NCBI GenBank assembly: GCA_964016885.1
Contig: OZ024741.1
Coordinates: 248,620,001-248,684,000 of the forward strand
DNA from: Eledone cirrhosa
Lineage: Eukaryota
DNA length: 64,000 nt
Direction of reading: 5' to 3'
The notes under the pieces are model-generated. The model made no database searches and was not told the origin of the DNA. It saw nothing but the letters and a program-made list of their open reading frames with translations. This document shows positions 27,101-38,900 of this stretch, one piece after another. The translations under genes were made by a program, and so were the position numbers. Within the stretch, counting starts at the first letter, position 1. Every line of letters begins with the position of its first letter.

Positions 27101-28066
27101 AAAATCAGGGGAAGATAATTTGTAAAAAAAAATCAGGGGGAGATAATTTGTAAAAAAAATCAAGGGGAGATAATTTCCAGCCGTCCAAGGGGAGGTAATA
27201 TTTAGCCGTCCAAGGGGAGATAATTTCCAGCCGTCCAAGGGGAGATAATTTTTTTAAAAAAATCAGGCGGAGATAATTTGTAAACAAAAATCAGGGGGAG
27301 ATAATTTGTAAAAAAAAATCAGGGGGAGATAATTTGTAAAAGAAAATCAGGGGGAGATAATTTGTAAAAAAAATCAAGGGGAGATAATTTCCAGCCAGCC
27401 AAGGGGAGATAATTTGTAAAAAAATTAGGGGGAGATAATTTGTAAAAAAAAATTAGGGGGAGATAATTTGTAAAAAAAAATCAGGGGTAGATAATTTCCA
27501 GCCGTCCAAGGGGAGATAATTTCCATCCTTCCAAGGGGAGATAATTTCCAGCCGTCCAAGGGGAGATAATTTCCCGCCAGCCAAGGAGAGATAATATTTA
27601 AAAAAATCAGGCGGAGATAATTTGTAAAAAAAATCAGAGGGAGATAATTTGTAAAAAAATCAGGGGGAGATAATTTGTAAAAAAAAATCAGGGGGAGATA
27701 ATTTGTAAAAAAAATCAGGGGGAGATAATTTGTAAAAAAAAATCAGGGGTAGATAATTTGTAAAAAAAAATCAGGGGGAGATAATTTGTAAAAAAAAATC
27801 AGGGGGAGATAATTTGTAAAAAAATCAAGGGGAGATAATTTCCAGCCGTCCAAGGGGAGATAATTTTCAGCCGTCCAAGGAGAGGTAATTTCTAGCCGTC
27901 CAAGGGGAGATAATTTCCAGCCGTCCAAGGGGAGATAATTTTTTTAAAAAAATCAGGCGGAGATAATTTGTAAACAAAAATCAGGGGGAGATAATTTGTA
28001 AAAAAAAATCAGGGGGAGATAATTTGTAAAAAAAAATCAGGGGGAGATAATTTGTAAAAAAAATCA
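24152..28066 (+). repeat. Higher-order unit Y, copy 2
   Basis: Y markers and pseudo-ORFs sit exactly +19,138 from copy 1 (5580->24718, 7967->27105). Confidence 0.88.
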
Positions 28067-31000
28067 AGGGGAGATAATTTTCAGCCGTCCAAGGGGAGGT
28101 AATATCTAGCCATCCAAGGGGAGATAATTTCCAGCCGTCCAAGGGGAGATAATTTCCAGCCGTCCAAGGGGAGATAATATTCAGCCGTCCAAGGAGACAT
28201 ATTTTCCAGCCGTCCAAGGAGACGTAATTTCTAGCCGTCCAAGGGGAGATAAGTTCCAGCCTCCAAGGGGAGATAATTTCCAGCCAGCCAAGGGGAGATA
28301 ATTTGTAAAAAAATTAGGGGGAGATAATTTGTAAAAAAAAATTAGGGGGAGATAATTTGTAAAAAAAATCAGGGGGAGATAATTTGTAAAAAAAAATCAG
28401 GGGGAGATAATTTGTAAAAAAAATCAAGGGGAGATAATTTCCAGCCAGCCAAGGGGAGATAATTTGTAAAAAAATTAGGGGGAGATAATTTGTAAAAAAA
28501 AATTAGGGGGAGATAATTTGTAAAAAAAAATCAGGGGGAGATAATTTGTAAAAAAAAATCAGGGGGAGATAATTTGTAAAAAAAAATCAGGCGGAGATAA
28601 TTTGTAAAAAAATCAAGGGGAGATAATTTCCAGCCGTCCAAGGGGAGATAATTTTCAGCCGTCCAAGGAGAGGTAATTTCTAGCCGTCCAAGGGGAGATA
28701 ATTTCCAGCCGTCCAAGGGGAGATAATTTTTTTAAAAAAATCAGGCGGAGATAATTTGTAAACAAAAATCAGGGGGAGATAATTTGTAAAAAAAAATCAG
28801 GGGGAGATAATTTGTAAAAAAAATCAGGGGGAGATAATTTGTAAAAAAAATCAAGGGGAGATAATTTGTAAAAAAAAATCAGGGGTAGATAATTTGTAAA
28901 AAAAAATCAGGGGGAGATAATTTGTAAAAAAAAATCAGGGGGAGATAATTTGTAAAAAAATCAAGGGGAGATAATTTCCAGCCGTCCAAGGGGAGATAAT
29001 TTTCAGCCGTCCAAGGAGAGGTAATTTCTAGCCGTCCAAGGGGAGATAATTTCCAGCCAGCCAAGGGGAGATAATTTGTAAAAAAATCAGGGGTAGATAA
29101 TTTGTAAAAAAAAATCAGGGGGAGATAATTTGTAAAAAAAATCAGGGGGAGATAATTTGTAAAAAAAATCAGGGGTACATAATTTCCAGCCGTCCAAGGG
29201 GAGATAATTTCCATCCTTCCAAGGGGAGATAATTTCCAGCCGTCCAAGGGGAGATAATTTCCCGCCAGCCAAGGAGAGATAACATTTAAAAAAATCAGGC
29301 GGATATAATTTGTAAAAAAAATCAGGGGGAGATAATTTGTAAAAAAATCAGGGGGAGATAATTTGTAAAAAAAATCAGGGGTAGATAATTTCCAGCCGTC
29401 CAAGGGGAGATAATTTCCATCCTTCCAAGGGGAGATAATTTCCAGCCGTCCAAGGGGAGATAATTTCCCGCCAGCCAAGGAGAGATAATATTTAAAAAAA
29501 TCAGGCGGAGATAATTTGTAAAAAAATCAGGAGGAGATAATTTGTAAAAAAAAATCAGGGGAGATAATTTGTAAAAAAAATCAGGGGGAGATAATTTGTA
29601 AAAAAAAATCAGGGGTAGATAATTTGTAAAAAAAATCAGGGGGAGATAATTTGTAAAAAAAAAATCAGGGGGAGATAATTTGTAAAAAAATCAAGGGGAG
29701 ATAATTTCCAGCCGTCCAAGGGGAGATAATTTTCAGCCGTCCAAGGAGGTAATTTCTAGCCGTCCAAGGGGAGATAATTTCCAGCCGTCCAAGGGGAGAT
29801 AATTTTTTTTAAAAAATCAGGCGGAGATAATTTGTAAACAAAAATCAGGGGGAGATAATTTGTAAAAAAAAATCAGGGGGAGATAATTTGTAAAAAAAAA
29901 TCAGGGGGAGATAATTTGTAAAAAAAATCAAGGGGAGATAATTTCCAGCCGTCCAAGGTGAGGTAATATCTAGCCATCCAAGGGGAGATAATTTCGAGCC
30001 GTCCAAGGGGAGATAATTTCCAGCCGTCCAAGGGGAGATAATATCCAGCCGTCCAAGGAGACATATTTTCCAGCCGTCCAAGGAGAGGTAATTTCTAGCC
30101 GTCCAAGGGGAGATAAGTTCCAGCCTCCAAGGGGAGATAATTTCCAGCCAGCCAAGGGGAGATAATTTGTAAAAAAATCAGGGGGAGATAATTTGTAGAA
30201 AAAATCAGGGGTAGATAATTTGTAAAAAAAATCAGGGGGAGATAATTTGTAAAAAAAATCAGGGGGAGATAATTTGTAAAAAAAATCAGGGGTAGATAAT
30301 TTTCAGCCGTCCAAGGGGAGATAATTTCCATCCTTCCAAGGGGAGATAATTTCCAGCCGTCCAAGGGGAGATAATTTCCCGCCAGCCAAGGAGAGATAAC
30401 ATTTAAAAAAATCAGGCGGAGATAATTTCTAAAAAAAATCAGGGGGAGATAATTTGTAAAAAAATCAGGGGGAGATAATTTGTAAAAAAAATCAGGGGTA
30501 GATAATTTCCAGCCGTCCAAGGGGAGATAATTTCCATCCTTCCAAGGGGAGATAATTTCCAGCCGTCCAAGGGGAGATAATTTCCCGCCAGCCAAGGAGA
30601 GATAATATTTAAAAAAATCAGGCGGAGATAATTTGTAAAAAAAATCAGGGGGAGATAATTTGTAAAAAAATCAGGGGGAGATAATTTGTAAAAAAAAATC
30701 AGGGGGAGATAATTTGTAAAAAAAATCAGGGGGAGATAATTTGTAAAAAAAATCAGGGGTAGATAATTTGTAAAAAAAAATCAGGGGGAGATAATTTGTA
30801 AAAAAAAAATCAGGGGGAGATAATTTGTAAAAAAATCAAGGGGAGATAATTTCCAGCCGTCCAAGGGGAGATAATTTTCAGCCGTCCAAGGAGGTAATTT
30901 CTAGCCGTCCAAGGGGAGATAATTTCCAGCCGTCCAAGGGGAGATAATTTTTTTTAAAAAATCAGGCGGAGATAATTTGTAAACAAAAATCAGGGGGAGA

Positions 31001-33108
31001 TAATTTGTAAAAAAAAATCAGGGGGAGATAATTTGTAAAAAAAAATCAGGGGGAGATAATTTGTAAAAAAAATCAAGGGGAGATAATTTCCAGCCGTCCA
31101 AGGTGAGGTAATATCTAGCCATCCAAGGGGAGATAATTTCCAGCCGTCCAAGGGGAGATAATTTCCAGCCGTCCAAGGGGAGATAATATCCAGCCGTCCA
31201 AGGAGACATATTTTCCAGCCGTCCAAGGAGAGGTAATTTCTAGCCGTCCAAGGGGAGATAAGTTCCAGCCTCCAAGGGGAGATAATTTCCAGCCAGCCAA
31301 GGGGAGATAATTTGTAAAAAAATCAGGGGGAGATAATTTGTAGAAAAAATCAGGGGTAGATAATTTGTAAAAAAAATCAGGGGGAGATAATTTGTAAAAA
31401 AAATCAGGGGGAGATAATTTGTAAAAAAAATCAGGGGTAGATAATTTTCAGCCGTCCAAGGGGAGATAATTTCCATCCTTCCAAGGGGAGATAATTTCCA
31501 GCCGTCCAAGGGGAGATAATTTCCCGCCAGCCAAGGAGAGATAACATTTAAAAAAATCAGGCGGAGATAATTTCTAAAAAAAATCAGGGGGAGATAATTT
31601 GTAAAAAAATCAGGGGGAGATAATTTGTAAAAAAAATCAGGGGTAGATAATTTCCAGCCGTCCAAGGGGAGATAATTTCCATCCTTCCAAGGGGAGATAA
31701 TTTCCAGCCGTCCAAGGGGAGATAATTTCCCGCCAGCCAAGGAGAGATAATATTTAAAAAAATCAGGCGGAGATAATTTGTAAAAAAAATCAGGGGGAGA
31801 TAATTTGTAAAAAAATCAGGGGGAGATAATTTGTAAAAAAAAATCAGGGGGAGATAATTTGTAAAAAAAATCAGGGGGAGATAATTTGTAAAAAAAATCA
31901 GGGGTAGATAATTTGTAAAAAAAAATCAGGGGGAGATAATTTGTAAAAAAAAAATCAGGGGGAGATAATTTGTAAAAAAATCAAGGGGAGATAATTTCCA
32001 GCCGTCCAAGGGGAGATAATTTTCAGCCGTCCAAGGAGAGGTAATTTCTAGCCGTCCAAGGGGAGATAATTTCCAGCCGTCCAAGGGGAGATAATTTTTT
32101 TAAAAAAATCAGGCGGAGATAATTTGTAAACAAAAATCAGGGGGAGATAATTTGTAAAAAAAAATCAGGGGGAGATAATTTGTAAAAAAAATCAAGGGGA
32201 GATAATTTCCAGCCGTCCAAGGGGAGGTAATATCTAGCCATCCAAGGGGAGATAATTTCCAGCCGTCCAAGGGGAGATAATTTCCAGCCGTCCAAGGGGA
32301 GATAATATCCAGCCGTCCAAGGAGACATATTTTCCAGCCGTCCAAGGAGAGGTAATTTCTAGCCGTCCAAGGGGAGATAAGTTCCAGCCTCCAAGGGGAG
32401 ATAATTTCCCGCCAGCCAAGGAGAGATAACATTTAAAAAAATCAGGCGGAGATAATTTGTAAAAAAAAATCAGGGGGAGATAATTTGTAAAAAAATCAGG
32501 GGGAGATAATTTGTAAAAAAAATCAGGGGTAGATAATTTCCAGCCGTCCAAGGGGAGATAATTTCCATCCTTCCAAGGGGAGATAATTTCCAGCCGTCCA
32601 AGGGGAGATAATTTCCCGCCAGCCAAGGAGAGATAATATTTAAAAAAATCAGGCGGAGATAATTTGTAAAAAAAATCAGGGGGAGATAATTTGTAAAAAA
32701 ATCAGGGGGAGATAATTTGTAAAAAAAAATCAGGGGGAGATAATTTGTAAAAAAAATCAGGGGGAGATAATTTGTAAAAAAAAATCAGGGGTAGATAATT
32801 TGTAAAAAAAAATCAGGGGGAGATAATTTGTAAAAAAAAATCAGGGGGAGATAATTTGTAAAAAAATCAAGGGGAGATAATTTCCAGCCGTCCAAGGGGA
32901 GATAATTTTCAGCCGTCCAAGGAGAGGTAATTTCTAGCCGTCCAAGGGGAGATAATTTCCAGCCGTCCAAGGGGAGATAATTTTTTTAAAAAAATCAGGC
33001 GGAGATAATTTGTAAACAAAAATCAGGGGGAGATAATTTGTAAAAAAAAATCAGGGGGAGATAATTTGTAAAAAAAAATCAGGGGGAGATAATTTGTAAA
33101 AAAAATCA
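28067..33108 (+). repeat. Unit X with an internal 1,145-bp tandem duplication
   Basis: Length 5,042 = 3,897 + 1,145. Pseudo-ORFs 29845->30990 and 30095->31240. Confidence 0.85.
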
Positions 33109-35985
33109 AGGGGAGATAATTTCCAGCCGTCCAAGGGGAGGTAATATCTAGCCATCCAAGGGGAGATAATTTCCAGCCGTCCAAGGGGAGATAATTTCCA
33201 GCCGTCCAAGGGGAGATAATATCCAGCCGTCCAAGGAGACATATTTTCCAGCCGTCCAAGGAGACGTAATTTCTAGCCGTCCAAGGGGAGATAAGTTCCA
33301 GCCTCCAAGGGGAGATAATTTCCAGCCAGCCAAGGGGAGATAATTTGTAAAAAATTAGGGGGAGATAATTTGTAAAAAAAAATTAGGGGGAGATAATTTG
33401 TAAAAAAAAATCAGGGGGAGATAATTTGTAAAAAAAAATCAGGGGGAGATAATTTGTAAAAAAAAATCAGGGGGAGATAATTTGTAAAAAAAATCAAGGG
33501 GAGATAATTTCCAGCCGTCCAAGGGGAGATAATTTTCAGCCGTCCAAGGAGAGGTAAATTCTAGCCGTCCAAGGAGATATAATTTCCAGCCGTCCAAGGG
33601 GAGATAATTTCCAGCCGTCCAAGGGGAGATAATTTTTAAAAAAAAATCAGGCGGAGATAATTTGTAAACAAAAATCAGGGGGAGATAATTTTTAAAAAAA
33701 AATCAGGGGGAGATAATTTGTAAAAAAAAATCAGGGGGAGATAATTTGTAAAAAAAATCAAGGGGAGATAATTTCCAGCCGTCCAAGGGGAGGTAATATC
33801 TAGCCATCCAAGGGGAGATAATTTCCAGCCGTCCAAGGGGAGATAATTTCCAGCCGTCCAAGGGGAGATAATATCCAGCCGTCCAAGGAGACATATTTTC
33901 CAGCCGTCCAAGGAGAGGTAATTTCTAGCCGTCCAAGGGGAGATAAGTTCCAGCCTCCAAGGGGAGATAATTTCCAGCCAGCCAAGGGGAGATAATTTGT
34001 AAAAAAATCAGGGGGGAGATAATTTGTAAAAAAAATCAGGGGGAGATAATTTGAAAAAAAAATCAGGGGGAGATAATTTGTAAAAAATATCAAGGGGAGA
34101 TAATTTCCAGCCCTCCAAGGGGCTATAATTTCCAGCCGTGCAAGGGGAGATAATTTCCAGCCGTCCAAGGGGAGATAATTTCCATCCTTCCAAGGGGAGA
34201 TAATTTCCAGCCGTCCAAGGGGAGATAATTTCCCGCCAGCCAAGGGAAGATAATTTTTTAAAAAATCAGGCGGAGATTGTAAAAAAAATCAGGGGGAGAT
34301 AATTTGTAAAAAAATCAGGGGGAGATAATTTGTAAAAAAAAATCAGGGGGAGATAATTTGTAAAAAAAAATCAGGGGGAGATAATTTGTAAAAAAAATCA
34401 GGGGGAGATAATTTGTAAAAAAAATCAGGGGTAGATAATTTGTAAAAAAAATCAGGGGGAGATAATTTGTAAAAAAAATCAGGGGGAGATAATTTGTAAA
34501 AAAAATCAGGGGTAGATAATTTTCAGCCGTCCAAGGGGAGATAATTTCCATCCTTCCAAGGGGAGATAATTTCCAGCCGTCCAAGGGGAGATAATTTCCC
34601 GCCAGCCAAGGAGAGATAACATTTAAAAAAATCAGGCGGAGATAATTTGTAAAAAAATCAGGGGGAGATAATTTGTAAAAAAAATCAGGGGTAGATAATT
34701 TTCAGCCGTCCAAGGGGAGATAATTTCCATCCTTCCAAGGGGAGATAATTTCCAGCCGTCCAAGGGGAGATAATTTCCCGCCAGCCAAGGAGAGATAACA
34801 TTTAAAAAAATCAGGGGGAGATAATTTGTAAAAAAAAATCAGGGGGAGATAATTCGTAAAAAAAAATCAGGGGGAGATAATTTGTAAAAAAAAATCAGGG
34901 GTAGATAATTTGTAAAAAAAAATCAGGGGGAGATAATTTGTAAAAAAAAAATCAGGGGGAGATAATTTGTAAAAAAATCAAGGGGAGATAATTTCCAGCC
35001 GTCCAAGGGGAGATAATTTTCAGCCGTCCAAGGAGAGGTAATTTCTAGCCGTCCAAGGGGAGATAATTTCCAGCCGTCCAAGGGGAGATAATTTTTTTAA
35101 AAAAATCAGGCGGAGATAATTTGTAAACAAAAATCAGGGGGAGATAATTTGTAAAAAAAAATCAGGGGGAGATAGTTTGTAAAAAAAAATCAGGGGGAGA
35201 TAATTTGTAAAAAAAATCAAGGGGAGATAATTTGTAAAAAAAAATCAGGGGTAGATAATTTGTAAAAAAAAATCAGGGGGAAATAATTTGTAAAAAAAAA
35301 ATCAGGGGGAGATAATTTGTAAAAAAATCAAGGGGAGATAATTTCCAGCCGTCCAAGGGGAGATAATTTTCAGCCGTCCAAGGAGAGGTAATTTCTAGCC
35401 GTCCAAGGGGAGATAATTTCCAGCCAGCCAAGGGGAGATAATTTGTAAAAAAATCAGATGTAGATAATTTGTAAAAAAAAATCAGGGGGAGATAATTTGT
35501 AAAAAAAATCAGGGGGAGATAATTTGTAAAAAAAATCAGGGGTAGATAATTTCCAGCCGTCCAAGGGGAGATAATTTCCATCCTTCCAAGGGGAGATAAT
35601 TTCCAGCCGTCCAAGGGGAGATAATTTCCCGCCAGCCAAGGAGAGATAATATTTAAAAAAATCAGGCGGAGATAATTTGTAAAAAAAATCAGGGGGAGAT
35701 AATTTGTAAAAAAATCAGGGGGAGATAATTTGTAAAAAAAAATCAGGGGAGATAATTTGTAAAAAAAATCAGGGGGAGATAATTTGTAAAAAAAAATCAG
35801 GGGTAGATAATTTGTAAAAAAAAATCAGGGGGAGATAATTTGTAAAAAAAAAATCAGGGGGAGATAATTTGTAAAAAAATCAAGGGGAGATAATTTCCAG
35901 CCGTCCAAGGGGAGATAATTTTCAGCCGTCCAAGGAGGTAATTTCTAGCCGTCCAAGGGGAGATAATTTCCAGCCGTCCAAGGGG
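33109..35985 (+). repeat. Unit Y, copy 3, truncated at its 3' end
   Basis: Offset +8,957 from copy 2 (24718->33675, 26497->35454). It ends at an R-to-P fusion near 35985. Confidence 0.8.
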
Positions 35986-38900
35986 AGATAATATCCAGCC
36001 GTCCAAGGAGACATATTTTCCAGCCGTCCAAGGAGAGGTAATTTCTAGCCGTCCAAGGGGAGATAAGTTCCAGCCTCCAAGGGGAGAAAATTTCCAGCCA
36101 GCCAAGGGGAGATAATTTGTAAAAAAATCAGGGGGAGATAATTTGTAAAAAAAAAATCAGGGGGAGATAATTTGTAAAAAAATCAGGGGGAGATAATTTG
36201 TAAAAAAAAAATCAGGGGGAGATAATTTGTAAAAAAAATCAGGGGGAGATAATTTGTAGAAAAAATCAGGGGTAGATAATTTGTAAAAAAAATCAGGGGG
36301 AGATAATTTGTAAAAAAAATCAGGGGGAGATAATTTGTAAAAAAAATCAGGGGTAGATAATTTTTTTTAAAAAATCAGGCGGAGATAATTTGTAAACAAA
36401 AATCAGGGGGAGATAATTTGTAAAAAAAAATCAGGGGGAGATAATTTGTAAAAAAAATCAGGGGGAGATAATTTGTAAAAAAAATCAAGGGGAGATAATT
36501 TCCAGCCGTCCAAGGGGAGGTAATATCTAGCCATCCAAGGGGAGATAATTTCCAGCCGTCCAAGGGGAGATAATTTCCAGCCGTCCAAGGGGAGATAATA
36601 TCCAGCCGTCCAAGGAGACATATTTTCCAGCCGTCCAAGGAGAGGTAATTTCTAGCCGTCCAAGGGGAGATAAGTTCCAGCCTCCAAGGGGAGAAAATTT
36701 CCAGCCAGCCAAGGGGAGATAATTTGTAAAAAAATCAGGGGGAGATAATTTGTAAAAAAAAAATCAGGGGGAGATAATTTGTAAAAAAATCAGGGGGAGA
36801 TAATTTGTAAAAAAAAAATCAGGGGGAGATAATTTGTAAAAAAAATCAGGGGGAGATAATTTGTAGAAAAAATCAGGGGTAGATAATTTGTAAAAAAAAT
36901 CAGGGGGAGATAATTTGTAAAAAAAATCAGGGGGAGATAATTTGTAAAAAAAATCAGGGGTAGATAATTTTCAGCCGTCCAAGGGGAGATAATTTCCATC
37001 CTTCCAAGGGGAGATAATTTCCAGCCGTCCAAGGGGAGATAATTTCCCGCCAGCCAAGGAGAGATAACATTTAAAAAAATCAGGCGGAGATAATTTGTAA
37101 AAAAAATCAGGGGGAGATAATTTGTAAAAAAATCAGGGGGAGATAATTTGTAAAAAAAATCAGGGGTAGATAATTTCCAGCCGTCCAAGGGGAGATAATT
37201 TCCATCCTTCCAAGGGGAGATAATTTCCAGCCGTCCAAGGGGAGATAATTTCCCGCCAGCCAAGGAGAGATAATATTTAAAAAAATCAGGCGGAGATAAT
37301 TTGTAAAAAAAATCAGGCGGAGATAATTTGTAAAAAAAAATCAGGGGGAGATAATTTGTAAAAAAAAATCAGGGGGAGATAATTTGTAAAAAAAATCAAG
37401 GGGAGATAATTTCCAGCCGTCCAAGGGGAGATAATTTTCAGCCGTCCAAGGAGAGGTAAATTCTAGCCGTCCAAGGAGATATAATTTCCAGCCGTCCAAG
37501 GGGAGATAATTTCCAGCCGTCCAAGGGGAGATAATTTTTAAAAAAAAATCAGGCGGAGATAATTTGTAAACAAAAATCAGGGGGAGATAATTTTTTAAAA
37601 AAAATCAGGGGGAGATAATTTGTAAAAAAAAATCAGGGGGAGATAATTTGTAAAAATAATCAAGGGGAGATAATTTTCAGCCGTCCAAGGGGAGGTAATA
37701 TCTAGCCATCCAAGGGGAGATAATTTCCAGCCGTCCAAGGGGAGATAATTTCCAGCCGTCCAAGGGGAGATAATATCCAGCCGTCCAAGGAGACATATTT
37801 TCCAGCCGTCCAAGGAGAGGTAATTTCTAGCCGTCCAAGGGGAGATAAGTTCCAGCCTCCAAGGGGAGATAATTTCCAGCCAGCCAAGGGGAGATAATTT
37901 GTAAAAAAATCAGGGGGGAGATAATTTGTAAAAAAAATCAGGGGGAGATAATTTGAAAAAAAAATCAGGGGGAGATAATTTGTAAAAAATATCAAGGGGA
38001 GATAATTTCCAGCCCTCCAAGGGGCTATAATTTCCAGCCGTGCAAGGGGAGATAATTTCCAGCCGTCCAAGGGGAGATAATTTCCATCCTTCCAAGGGGA
38101 GATAATTTCCAGCCGTCCAAGGGGAGATAATTTCCCGCCAGCCAAGGGAAGATAATTTTTTAAAAAATCAGGCGGAGATTGTAAAAAAAATCAGGGGGAG
38201 ATAATTTGTAAAAAAATCAGGGGGAGATAATTTGTAAAAAAATCAGGGGGAGATAATTTGTAAAAAAAAATCAGGGGGAGATAATTTGTAAAAAAAATCA
38301 GGGGGAGATAATTTGTAAAAAAAATCAGGGGTAGATAATTTGTAAAAAAAATCAGGGGGAGATAATTTGTAAAAAAAATCAGGGGGAGATAATTTGTAAA
38401 AAAAATCAGGGGTAGATAATTTTCAGCCGTCCAAGGGGAGATAATTTCCATCCTTCCAAGGGGAGATAATTTCCAGCCGTCCAAGGGGAGATAATTTCCC
38501 GCCAGCCAAGGAGAGATAACATTTAAAAAAATCAGGCGGAGATAATTTGTAAAAAAATCAGGGGGAGATAATTTGTAAAAAAAATCAGGGGTAGATAATT
38601 TTCAGCCGTCCAAGGGGAGATAATTTCCATCCTTCCAAGGGGAGATAATTTCCAGCCGTCCAAGGGGAGATAATTTCCCGCCAGCCAAGGAGAGATAACA
38701 TTTAAAAAAATCAGGGGGAGATAATTTGTGAAAAAAAATCAGGGGGAGATAATTCGTAAAAAAAATCAGGGGGAGATAATTTGTAAAAAAAAATCAGGGG
38801 TAGATAATTTGTAAAAAAAAATCAGGGGGAGATAATTTGTAAAAAAAAAATCAGGGGGAGATAATTTGTAAAAAAATCAAGGGGAGATAATTTCCAGCCG

